A stretch of 60,578 nucleotides of DNA, counting the filler, from Sphacelaria rigidula (Eukaryota): NCBI GenBank assembly GCA_964200075.2. It is 5 parts of 5 records of this genome, joined end to end, with 100 filler letters (N's around TTAATTAATTAA, not from the genome) between each part and the next. Parts side by side here need not be neighbours in the genome. Positions count along the whole stretch, not along the records: positions 48,545 to 60,578 come from CAXNAA020004209.1; 4 more parts are not named here. One strand, given 5' to 3'. The notes beneath the pieces were generated by a model. The model saw only the letters and a program-made list of their open reading frames with translations. It made no database searches and was not told the origin of the DNA. Shown here in pieces: positions 48,671-60,578 of the stretch. How positions within the stretch are numbered: the stretch's first letter is position 1; every line of letters begins with the position of its first letter. The position numbers were made by a program, and so were the translations under genes.

Positions 48671-50911
48671 GTGGTACGCGATGGCGGCAATGAGCACGGC
48701 TCACGCAAAAGCAAAACTGCGCCACTACTGCTGCGAGAGCCTGGTAAGTCCACATGGGACTTGTCCGGTGTGCAGAACTTGGCGGATACCGTCCTGTCGT
48801 CCTTCGTCGACGAACCCGCTGAGCTAGTTCATTATACATGTCAAGCACACGACCTCGCCGACCCAATCATAGAGAAATCCAAAGACCTTCTTTGGTTCCC
48901 CAATAACCGCAGCACAGTTACACTCGCAGGGGTTGTTACGCGAATACAATCCCAACCCTACCTCGACTACACGACGAAAAATATCCAAAACGATTATGTC
49001 GAGCCACTCATCGCCATGTTCCGTAACGTTGAAAAAATGCGGAAAACAGTGTACTCGTACTCACAACAAGCCACGCACGACGTCGACAACTCGCACAACG
49101 ATTGGGATGGGGGTTTTGGGGCTAATGTGCCACGAGGTGGACAAACTCCACTGCAAAAAAATACAGAGTGGCAAACGGCGGGAAAATAATAAGGTACGAT
49201 CAAGGATGGTGGCGCTCACAAAAATCGAACGCGATCACACAAACAGACAGCTCCCACCAAGTCACATGCGTAAAGTATCGACGAAAGCGATACGTATAGT
49301 CAGAAGCAGTTCCCCAACAATGACCGTGCACGATCACAGCGCCCCTCAACACACACCTTGTCCGATTTCTTACCGCTGTCCTCCACTGTTGCAAAACAAT
49401 GACACTCCCTCCTGAAGGAGAAGGAGGAAGGCCAGTCAACAAGAAACGAGAAGAAACAGGTTCTTGTGACAGTCAAGACGGAAGGTAAATCGCCCACAAC
49501 TGCAAACCCTCTCAGCGTGAAGAAGTAGACGAACCGCTCCCTATACCAACCAACACACCACGCACTGACGCCCCAAGTATACGTAGCGCCTACCTCGAGC
49601 TCAAGATCAAAAGTGTAGGTAAGGTCAGACCCCGGTTTCCGTTCATTGCAGGATCAAACGCGAGTCTCAATTGTAGCCAGCGCTCAAAAACGTATTCAGC
49701 GATACCCTCGCCGTGTGCGACCCGCACTTTGCAAGTCTGGAGAGCAGTGAGTGGGTCCGCGGGTGGACCCGTCCATTGCATCGGGCGATAGAGCAAGCCA
49801 TCGACCTTAACTCTTTGCAATTGTCGAAAATCACGTCAATGTACGATGCCCACTTCGACCAAGTGTCGCGGGCCCTCAACAAAGGCTCAAGCGGGAACGA
49901 AGCTTTTACGCTTTTGCTCCGGCTACTCAGTTCGTCGCTCGACACGAGCTACGAAGGGGAGTCCATCGAAGTATTGCTCGGTTTCAAATTCCCGTTTAAC
50001 ACCCCCTTCGATCAATACCTCAAGGATTTCCGCACATTAATTTCGGTTACCGTTGATGGCGGGGGTGAACTAGCTCCGACTCAGGAGATGGTAATGTCAA
50101 TCTTTCGCTCCAGTATGGATCGACAGTATCCCAGTCTCATGCCCAGTGTTTTCGGGGGCGATGCAGCTACTGCAGCCGTTCCGTTTTCGGATCTAGAGGA
50201 AATGTGGAGTAGACTAGATGGGTTGCGCACAAATCGTACACAGGCCATAAAGTCAACTGGGATGAGACAAGATGGTGCAACCGCGGGTGTTGGCCAGCAT
50301 GTCCCGCTGATCAATACTCAGGACCCCTTTACCCCTGCAGCTGCCTCTGCGCCACGAGCACAAACGACCAGAAACTCGGGTCAACCCCCATGGGTGTCCG
50401 AATCTATGACGTCCACCGGGGAGGTAGTGGCAATTGCAGAGGAACAGGCGCCCGACGCGTTCGCTAGTCGGATCCCCAGCTGGCCCTCGGCCAATGAAAT
50501 TTGGCCGGAGGTATACAACGTAAGTATGTCGATGAACAACAATGACCCCCCCTTTGAGTCCACGATGTCGAACCCCACATACGAAATGAGCTCATCCGTG
50601 AGTGTAAGGATAAGTGTCTGAATTATGGGGTATGGTTTGATAGGCAGACAGGGTATTCCGCCGACGGGCGCGTATCTATTCATTCAATGCGTAGCTGTGA
50701 AGCACCATTCGTGAACGCATTCGGCGTCTCGAACAACACGTTTCGCGATCCTCAATACGCATCATGCTGGCCAACTTGGCAAGCACGTATGCGTTCTTAC
50801 CGTCGCCCTCAATCCGGCGATGCGCGTGGACAGCAATATCGTCCTAGACGGGGACATAGTCATCAAGGCAACGATGATCGCTACAACAACTCCCACTACC
50901 AACAACCGTAG
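48671..50911 (+). pseudogene. gag: gag-like region
   Basis: Broken ORFs upstream of pol, with a decayed knuckle-like CLN(Y)G...HSMRSC near 50615-50700. Confidence 0.6.
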
Positions 50912-52889
50912 CATCAGACTAGGCCCGCTGACGCTGCGCCACGTCTAACACAGTCTGACCCGGCTACCTCTCAACCACGCGGCCAGGTGCAATATCAAGA
51001 TGGACGACACCCACTGATGATTGCACCTAGCCCCACGGGTGAACCCCGCCAGGAAAACTTCCACCGACCTAACCCAGATGCTCATCGTACAACCTGACAG
51101 CTTTCTGGAAACGTTTTTCACACTCCGGCGTTTCCGAGCAGCAGACACTGGGGTAACACAGGAAGAGTGCCTACACCCAAATTTTGGGCGCCACCACCTG
51201 CCCGTACATTTTCTACTTCTGATGACCGTTCATTCCTCAATCGTTGGCACAATTCCACAATCAGGAATCAACGTTCGCCGGTAACTCACCGCAGAAGTAC
51301 CCAACAATTTTTTTTCGCTCGGCCAGGTCACAGACATCACACACGTGAATCAACGGCGGCCATCGATGATTTAACTATGTGGTGTGGGTTCCCTGGAATT
51401 GCTGACACTGCCTTGAAGGGTTCCGAGACAGTCAAAGCCTGTGCACCATTACATGGCTATCAATTGAGCAGTAACCAAACCCAACGTTTGAATCCTGGAT
51501 TTGATCACCCACTTTAACATCCACCAGGTACTCATCATATTCAATCGAATCCCTTCTCTTCGGGGGGGGGGGAAGTCATGTAGTGCAGTTTCTAACGCAT
51601 CCGGAGCCGAAGTATCTTCTGGTACGGTAGACGCTGCCTCTTCGACCGTTCATCGGAGGATACCAAATTCGAAGCCACACACTCAAGCACTTCCCAGCTG
51701 CTCGAGTGCCCCGCTAATCACCCTACCTAGTTCCGCACAAAACTACGGTACCCGGTTCCCTTTTATTTGATGAGCGTGATTATTCCTTGAAGGATCGCAA
51801 CCGTAAAGAACCCATGCTTTCCGTCGCTCAAGGGGTTGGAATGGAACCCCAAGTGACAGCGACTCAGGTGGTGCGCCAAGAGCGTGACCTAGGTTCGACT
51901 GTCCGAGAATTCATGTCAACAGCTCCTGGAGCCACCGACCCTTTCGTGCGCTATACCCGTCACGCTAGGCAGGCTCCTCCAGATGATCACTTAGATAACC
52001 CTGATGTAGCAAGCGCACGTGAACTCCAAGAAGGAGATTGCGTGTGGGCTCAAACAGATGAAAACCTTAGAGTGGAACAGGCCGGTACTCCCCAGATTTT
52101 CAACAGATCGTTACTGCTCCCTGACCACCCCTCGTACACTGCGTTAGGACTCATTTCCGATGAAGCGTTGCCGTCTGTAGGGACAGAGACTTCGCCGACT
52201 CATGGACGTTCGCATCCTAGTCATGAAGACACCCCAATCGTGTGTTCGTCACCAGGCATACAAAGTGTTACGCAAGACGACTCGTCTCCTAACTCGCCCA
52301 CGTTGGCCCCTTTAATAGACGCCGGGTTGAACAGTCCAGCTTTACCAACCCCGCGTCCTGAGGAATCGTCTCCAAAACATCCCATGTTGGCCCTAACTAC
52401 TGACGGTATTGAGTTGATTGATGTATCAAACTCAACACCGCGCCATGATGAACCGTCCCCCGTTCTGACCAAGCTGGATGATACAATTGATCCCGCTTTG
52501 CACAATGACGATCCGCCCCCTCTGTTGGCTAGTGAGGGCGAAACACCACGCACAAATCAGTTGTCGGGTCCAACCACAACAACTGCCCTTCCCCGGCATC
52601 GCCCCTCCGTTGCAGTATATGAGATTCAACCCTCGACTGATGAGACAAATATTTCAGGCACAAACACTGATACTCTATGCACGCACAATCCTTCCGACGA
52701 AAAACTTGTCCCAAAAGATCATCAACGGGTGTATTTTAGCACCTTCGTTCAGAACACAAAGCAGGATGTGTAACATGTCTTACCCGAATTCGGGCCCGAT
52801 CTCGTCAATGGTACTGCAACTATGGATGATGCTTATTTCACAACTAAGATACGTTTACATAGTGCAGTGCGTGCAGACTGTCATTTGAT

Positions 52890-53290
52890 AGGTCTTGCAC
52901 TCCTAGACTAAGGTTCGCCTCAAACATTCATTACTGCCAGCTGCTGGCAACAGATGATCAACGCGGGCTCGGCAGACGGGCATTGTCTGTCCACCGCGCA
53001 CCCTCGTGTTTTTAGTGCACGGGTGGCAACTGGGGTACCTCTGTAACCTCAAAGTTGGACGTTACAGACGTTGCACAAGGTCTGTAACGTCCAACTTTGA
53101 GGTTGCAGGCACCCAAGCGGCCACCCGTGTGGGTTTGGTTCCTCCACATCTCTTACGGTTAATCAATGGGTGAGACTAAGTGTACAATTCTACCAGGACA
53201 CTACTCCCACTGCTCGGTTATCCGTATGGGTACTTATTGTGCCCGATGGTTCCATGTCCTTTGATGTTTTGTTGGGTCGAGATAGTTGTC
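52890..53290 (+). pseudogene. pol: Aspartic protease (active site LLD*GS, interrupted by a MITE)
   Basis: LALLD*GSPQTFI ... FDVLLGRD. Confidence 0.85.
53018..53129. mobile_element. 112-bp foldback MITE with CACGG...CCGTG ends and a 2-bp TG TSD
   Basis: Near-complete palindrome. Removing it plus one TG restores the protease frame PRVFSGFGSSTSL. Confidence 0.9.
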
Positions 53291-54039
53291 TTCGTTTTTC
53301 CACACACACGTATACGTCGGACACACCTGTCCCGAACCGTCCAGTCACAGGCAGATTGTCTCTGGGTCACTTCGACACTGATGCGGGTGCTCATGCCTAC
53401 GAGGATGACCCAACGCACACAGGTAATGCTTCCCGTCTGTACTATGTTGGTGAACCTGTAGTATCACTTGCTCGTGAACCCCAACTTATCCATGTGAACC
53501 TCGTGAGACGCAATGGATTGCCCGCCCTCACAAGACATTATTTGGTCGAATTACTCAAACCTGACCAATCACAGGTTGGTCCGTTTGAACAGACCGAAGT
53601 GTTTGTTCATGAAGGTAGGCAGTCCATTTACCTCACGTGCCCTGCATATTTCGATATACTCAACGGACAGTTGTTGGATTATGCTCAAGCGTCTCTCCTG
53701 CGAACTGCCCTGTCAGACGTGTGCCCCGCTGCGGAAACCAATTTGTCAACCGACCCCCCGAACACTACGGGCCCCCCTCCGCTACACATGCCTGATCCCA
53801 TGGTGGTGACGAATCCACCAGATGCGCCTAAACCTAAACCCCCAAGTGCATTACTGGATAGATTTTCCCCAGAATAACGCGACAGTTTTCAAAAGTTGTA
53901 GGATGACATCCCCCATCATTTGCGGCATATTGTTGTTGATCTATCCGACGATGGTTGGACACCCACTGTAATCGATAGATTGAGATCCATCTTGATTAGA
54001 TATTCTGACCGTTTTCTACTGCACCCTTGGATTTAGGTC

Positions 54040-55340
54040 GATGTACCACGACACCGTTCAAGATCAAAATCCCTGATGGCACTCCGCCTATCGCTATGCG
54101 TCCGTACCGTACGAACTCCCTCTTAGCGGATAAGATCCAGGTAACTCTCGATGGTTACTTGCCCGCCGGTTTAATTTGGCACTCGACGTCTCCGTGAGCC
54201 TCGCCGTTAGTAGTCGTCCGCAAGAAGAATTGAAAAATTAGACTGACGATCAATTATCAACGATTGAACGCTGTCACCAAAATCGCCAGGCTGCCACTTC
54301 CACGGATTGATGAAATTATTGACTCTCTACGCGGGAGTAAGGTATTTTCGAACTTTGACATGCAGTCCGGCTACCATCAACTCGTGATGGATACGAATTC
54401 CATTGAACTCATGGCGTTTTGCACGCCATTAGGTTTAGACGAGTGGCTGGTTACACCACAAGGTGCCGCCGGAGCTCCAGGTGCATTTCAACGTGTAATG
54501 TTTCGTGTGACTGATGAATTCGCCAAATGCCATATGTACCTTGATGATGCGGTGTGCCACGACTGCACACCAGCCGAACACGTCGAACAATTGGCATGAT
54601 TCTTCGGTCGGTTTGAACAACACAACTTGAAACTCGCCCCCTCCAAATCCCGCATTGGCGCCACAAAGATTGAGTTCTTGGGCCATTGCATCCCCCCCGA
54701 AGGTCGTAGCCCAAATCTCAACAAGGTCGCCGCACTAGCCGATATGCCCATGCCACGGGACGTTTCTCAACTGCATTCCTTGTTGGGGGATCTAAGCTAC
54801 TATAGACAGTACTTGCCAAACCTTGCCCAAACGCTAGAACCCCTCACCACCACCTCAAAAAAGGGTGAAATTTGTGTTCACATCGGAAATGGAAGGAACC
54901 GTCCGCCGTCGTCTCGACACCCTTTCGCGCCCGCCGATTTTCGTCTTACCCGACTGGTCGGCAGCGGAGCATGGTTCCCGCCCTGTCCGTCTCCACACAG
55001 ATTCTTCCAAAATTGGGTTTGGCTGCACACTAGAACAGGAGCAAGACGATACTACTGTCCGTCCCATTGTATATCTGAGTCGCACTACTTTTCCAAATGA
55101 ACAGAGTTGGTCTGTCATGGAACAAGAGGCCGGCGCAGTTGTTTGGGGCGTGCGACGTTTGCGTCAGCATTTGTGTGACATCCCGTTTGTGATTTACATG
55201 GATCACAACTCTTTAGAAAGCCTCGCCAAAATGATGGAACACAACGCTAGGGTACAACGCTAGTTCGAAATTCTGTCGTCTTACAGCTTCCAGTTGAAAT
55301 ATCGCACAGGTCTACAAAATGCAAACGCCGACTTTCTGTA
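54040..55340 (+). pseudogene. pol: Reverse transcriptase and RNase H
   Basis: PYR, SP*ASPLVVV, LPRIDEII, FDMQSGYHQ, PQG, YLDD, FLGH; then LHTDSS, PIVYLSR, EQEAGAVVWG, DH. Confidence 0.95.
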
Positions 55341-56399
55341 ACACTTGCCCATACCGGCTCAACCCATCGATGAATCCCCCATGCGATGTATCACCGATCC
55401 CACCGAAGACATTGTATATTTCATTAGCAGGAATGGGCATGAAGGTCTCTACACACCACTTTCACTGAGAGAAACGCCGGCGTTAGGCATGGGTGGGCTG
55501 ACGACCACAGCCCACGCATCAGTTCTGGGCAGCTTGCAACCTCAATCGTTGTACTCAGTTTGGAATGGACTGTCTACGAATACTGTTGGCTATGATCATT
55601 TACGTGCAACTGGCCAGCGCATGGTTTTCGCAGCAGGTGTAGAACCGTCCTTTGCTGACTCCGTCTTACCAGTTCAAGTTCGAGCTTTGATTTCGAGTAG
55701 GACCCGTGGACGGCGAACCGCCGACACGGCCACCCAGTTTGCCGTATCTGGTCCTGACCTTCCCGTCCCTGCCCCCCGCCCGGTCCCCGATAGTTTCCTT
55801 GCGCCTCCTCAACCTCCACGACGCAAGGCCCCCAGAAACTCGATCCCGATCGTGCCGCCCCTGCCAACCATAGCCGAAACCACGGCTATGTCCCCCTCCC
55901 TTGGTGATGATGTTGCAAACACCACCACAACACCCACCACGCTAATCGATGCAGGAGGAGACGTTAACGTTCCGTCTGAGAATGCACCACCTGGTAGGAT
56001 CACTCTTGATTTCGACATCACCGCTTCGTGTCAACCCCGCCCCGAACGACCCAACGCGAACTAGACGCTTCGATAGATGGTTTATTCAAGGAACGTTTGA
56101 CTCTCTTCTCCCACGCCGATTGGACCCGGGAACAACAGGCAGAACCTGCTTGTAAATCAGCTATCTATCATCTATCCAAAGGTTGTCCATGTCCATTCTT
56201 AGAAACCGAATTCCTTCTGCCCGTCGGCAACCTCAAAGCCCCCACACAGGATGAAGTTACTGAACTCTCAAGGAAAGGTATGCTGCATACGGACGATGAT
56301 GGTATACTTCTCTTAGTTCGCCGGCCCACAGCAGCCCTCCTCATGGGGGAGCCTACAAGTCGACACGACCGCTTGCCAGGTGATGAACCCATTCGCATC

Positions 56400-57277
56400 T
56401 ATGTCCCGATGCTCCTGCGCCCATGGGTTCTACATGAATGCTATTCACAGGTATCGACTCATTTGGGCGCCATTAAGATCTCTCAGATGTTGGAACGTTT
56501 TTATTGGTGGATTAGTTTAGATCAGTGTGTCCTTGGTGTGTGAGTCGTTGTCGTTTGTGTCAGGCGCGGAAAACGTTCCGTCAAACAGTTCGTTGGCCGA
56601 ATGTTTCCATGCCACTCCCAAACGGGCCTGGTGAAGTAGTGTCGTGGGACTATTTTGGCCCTTTGCCCCTGACGGATAGTGGTAATAAGTATATATTGTT
56701 GTTGACGGATAGATTTAGTCGACATGCGGTGATGCACGCTGTCCCTGCCAGTAGCTAAAACGTGAAAGGTCCCGTCATCATTCTTGTATACATGTACATC
56801 CCACAGTGGGGTGTGCCCAAACGCCTACTGTCTGACAACGGCCCGCATTTTTCAGGCAAACTTTCTGCCGCCGTCAGTAACCGTTTGGGTGCTCATCGCA
56901 TTTTTACTATTTCATATCACCCTTCCACCAATGATGGAACGGAACGAGTGAACCATACGATGGCATAGATGCTTGCTGCTGTAGCAAATGAGAGACAGAT
57001 GGACTGGGATCTGCATCTGCCCCTGGTCCAAATGAAGTATAACAATTCTGTCAATGCCGCTACGGGATTGTCACCGAATGAAATTCACATTGGTCGCATG
57101 CCTAGGTTACCTTCAACGGTATTCGCATGTAAAAATACAGGCGGACATCAGAGTCTGGATCGTGATATTGTAGAGCATCATTTGTCAGTTAGCAATCGTC
57201 TCCGTCTTGCATATGAAGTGGTACATGCACAGATCCAGATCAATTTGGCCAAGGTGGCCAGGGCGAACTCGATGTAG
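56400..57277 (+). pseudogene. pol: Integrase (zinc finger and DDE core)
   Basis: THLG..YWW..CRLCQARK, WDYFGPLP, LTDRFSR, GVPKRLLSDNG, YHPSTNDGTERVNHT. Confidence 0.93.
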
Positions 57278-57459
57278 GATGATGTGGTACATAATTTGAA
57301 ACCGAAAAATCGCTTCTCGATGCTACGATGTAAACCGTGTATCCCCCCTCATGACTCCTCGGACATGCCCAAAAAACTGCCGCTGGGGCTTTGCAAGTGT
57401 GTTGACCAAGTATGCGATGAAAACTCTGCCGTATTATACGACGGTTGAGGATGCGGACG

Positions 57460-57937
57460 CACCCCTGGAACGCGTTGAGATAGATAGAATTTCGGGCCAT
57501 CAACTGGTATCATGCGTTTACATGAGAGCGTGAAGTTGATTTGCGTCATTTTCGTCGGGAAATATTGCTGTACTGGGTAGGAGATGCCGTCCAACGCCGC
57601 CCGTTGAATAAGAAATATCGGTCTATGCGCAAGGGAGCTGCCGCTCGGGAACTGCCACAATAACACTCAGTGCGGTTTGTTGTAAGGCTATAGCCTTCTT
57701 TCGCGTTCACAATACATGCAGTTTTTTCACGGACAACGCTTGCCGAAGGGGGCGTACTTTTGGCATAAGGCCTTGGGTTCACTGTGGTGGTTAGGTAAGA
57801 TCCATTTGGTCGACCCTGCATCTGACAACTCCTGCTTTATCCGCTTCCTCGATGACCCGAGCCCCCTTAAGATTCGCTTGGATGATGCCTACTACACCGA
57901 GGTGCCGACCGCCCACCGCGGATCCTGGTGTCTCTAA
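57460..57937 (+). pseudogene. Chromodomain remnant plus Tudor/SH3-barrel-like tail of pol
   Basis: VEIDRISGHQ...T*EREVDL..ILLYW, followed by AYFWHKALGSLWWLGKI...FIRFLDDP..IRL. Confidence 0.55.
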
Positions 57938-59037
57938 CGACAAGACCAAGGTGATGTCGACACAGCCGTTGTACGCAACACGGACACCGCTTGGGATGCA
58001 GAAGATTCATAATGCCGCATCCGAGTCTGCTTCCCCCATTCACCTTGCGTTGTGTACCATTTTCGAGTCGCTTGTCTTGCGCCGTAGCGTCATTGGAAAA
58101 CTATGTCCCCCCCCCCCCTCCTTTCATTTTTTTCCCCGTACTGCTGTAGCCCCGTCCTTGTAGTGGTTGTCTTATTTTTTGGCTGTGGACCCTGACTTTG
58201 TGTGTGTGTGTTTTTTTTGGCTTTGCGTCGTTTTACTTTTATTTGTTCTTGCCTTTGTTTTCTCTTTCTTTTTCATTTTTTTTCTCTTTTCGCCTCGTGA
58301 TATGTGTTCGATTGTTTTTGTGTTTGATGAATAAAATTCGTTGGTCATTTCTGGGTTCGTCTGGCAAAGTATTGTGTGACGACCGTTTCATTCCTGACCC
58401 CCAGTCTGGAACCTTGAACCTCCGTCCTCTGCGCCGTACATTCACGACCATTCCCGGAACAGTCGCCACGAATTGTTTTTTTTCTTCCCTTTCTTCGTTG
58501 TACGTACCTTTTGTCTTGTTTTGTGTACTATGCTGGTTTTTTTTTCTTGTTTTTGATCGAGAGTTCTCGCAGCGAGCACTAGACATACCTGACCCCCACG
58601 TCTGGAATATTTGCGCTCTCGTTCGATCGCTCCGTGCGCGAATACCGCCTCCCTCTTCGGGATCAGTCGTGACGTGTCTCCTTTTGTGTGCGTTCCACGT
58701 TGGGTTTTATATTAACATGGGCGATAGTAACCGAAGCCGAGTGTCTGAAATGTTTTGACCTTCTCGGCTGAACTTTTGACCCTACTTGCTTCGTACACAC
58801 GATATCCGCTCCCGTTTACAAGGGCGGTCGCTACGTGTTATTTTTCTGGTTCATGTTGCTGATATTTCGTTTTCGCTGTTGTCCAGCGTACCCCTGGTTT
58901 TGTTTTTATTCTGGTTTTGGTTTTGCGTCTATGTCGGGAAATTCGCCATGAGTGTTCCAGCGTTCCTGACCCTCGGGTCGAGAACACTTGGCCTACTTTT
59001 TATTGCGAGTCCTGCACACGTGTGACCGACCTCGTTT

Positions 59038-59193
59038 ATAGGAGGGTCACGTGTATTGCGACGCAGCGTATGATTTATACTCTGGTGATTGGTAAGTTAC
59101 AACGAGGTCACCACCGGCCGCGTCGTACGTAACGATCTTGAGGAATTGTCATTGAAGTCGCGGTATAAGTGGTTGCAAACGTCTCCTCATACA
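59038..59193 (+). repeat. Candidate polypurine tract and start of the 3' LTR
   Basis: ATAGGAGGG followed shortly by TGTA at 59052. The LTR end is a guess (…ATACA at 59193) because there is no 5' LTR to compare. Confidence 0.35.
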
Positions 59194-60578
59194 GGACTAT
59201 TACGTATCATGATAGGATAGATTGCTCTTCCGGAACTGTCCGTTCCGCCATGTCGATATTTGACCATTGGTACAGCCTACAGGCTCAGAGTCCGCCACTC
59301 GCTATTTTCTTGTCAAAACTTTACCAGTTTTTTGCGTACGGTGACCCGCCCATAAAATCGGTCGGTGGTGTTTTGTTTTATCAGGGATTATTGGACGAAG
59401 TAACGTTACGGTACGACCGGCTGCGGTTTTTACTCCAGTGTATGTTCGAGCCAGTCTCGCTTTAGTCCGGACGGACAAATACTATGAGGGGTGGACTGCG
59501 TTACTGTAGTCCTCTCTGTCCCGTGTATTTGTCGTGGTTCCGCAATGTGTTGGGCGATCCGCCTCGGAACTACGTAGTAGGCCCGAAGGTTGTGTTTTGA
59601 CTCAACTACGTTTCTTTTGACGTGAACGGACACCCGACCTCACAAACCGGCCGGTTGTTTTCGTATCTCGCCGTGTGAGAAAAAAAATAAAGTGCTGAAC
59701 GACTGGATCATCACCCAGACGTCCCTAGCAAGTCGTTGCTCTCTCAAACATGTACCCGCCAATTAACCCACGTCAAACGGGTTGATTTGTCCGTACCATG
59801 TGTATTTCATATTTTTTTCAACGTATGGTTTTCGCGAGAAACTACCGTCCTCGCGACCAAAATCAGCTGTACGTTGTTGACTTTTTTAATTGACTGGGAC
59901 GAGTGATTAGCATGAACTTGGTTATCGGAGTGATATATTGCGTTGGCGGGCTTGCTTAATTTTTTACCAACAAAACAGAAAACAGTGCGGACTTTCAGAA
60001 AAGAGTGAACTAATATATTCATGATATAATTATGGCAGTGTATGATGATCGTTTCAACGATGGGTCTCTGATTTCCTGTGGCTATCCCGGAAATACTTCC
60101 GGCATTCCGAGGACACTGCATTTCGTTTTGGTATATGGTTTTGATTTTTGATTTTTGATTTTTGATTTTTTTGGATTTCCCATGACTCCGTCTGAAATGC
60201 TTACGGAATATGAGGACATTGCATTCTTGTATCGGTTCGATTTTCTTCTTTTGCCTTGTTATTTGCGTTTGTGTGTGTTTTGTTTTTCTTCTCTTTGTTT
60301 TTTTGTGTTGTTCGTACCTTATCGCTGCCCGTACCGAAGAATACTTGATCGTGGAAATAAGTCTCAGTTTTCTGTGGTGTGGGAGTGGTGTGGCTCGATG
60401 CAAGTTTGTCCCTTCTGAAAAGGAACTGCCCTTGAACGATCCAGGGTGGGCTATTGTGATGGTATATGACCACGTGCGAGTATAAAGAGATCCTAGTCGA
60501 AAGTGTGCTTCTGTACAGTAGAAATTGGACGATTCGCGCAGTTTAATTGGCGTTTTCAGTTGACTTTGTATTCGGACA

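Larger units (their letters stand above)
48671..59193 (+). mobile_element. Degenerate Ty3/Gypsy LTR retrotransposon (5' LTR not in contig)
   Basis: Domain order gag-PR-RT-RNaseH-IN-chromo, with many stops and frameshifts. Confidence 0.95.

Overview
Eukaryotic, intron-rich DNA, most likely from a brown alga (stramenopile signal + ASAF-type plastid presequences, long GT-AG introns). The window is not one locus. It is five unrelated contigs of 12038, 12036, 12035, 12035 and 12034 bp, joined by 100-bp N44-TTAATTAATTAA-N44 linkers. Contig 1: tRNA-derived SINEs, a composite hAT-type element with a transposase-like fragment, and tentative exons of an unidentified gene. Contig 2: a complete 3-exon gene for a plastid/thylakoid-lumen-targeted protein of unknown function, head-to-head with the 5' exons of a probable SEN1/senataxin-like gene. 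Contig 3: a heavily decayed minus-strand pseudogene of Calx-beta-like repeats buried in repeats. Contig 4: exon 1 of another plastid-targeted gene, divergent from a TBCC/RP2-domain gene with a long low-complexity extension carrying five GW(D/N/S)(P/A)(S/N)R motifs. Contig 5: a degenerate Ty3/Gypsy retrotransposon with a chromodomain plus Tudor-like tail and a 112-bp hairpin MITE in its protease. The most unusual signal is a dispersed family of poly(C)-tailed short repeats with a conserved 3' stem-loop. All protein family calls come from motif recognition by eye; no searches were run.
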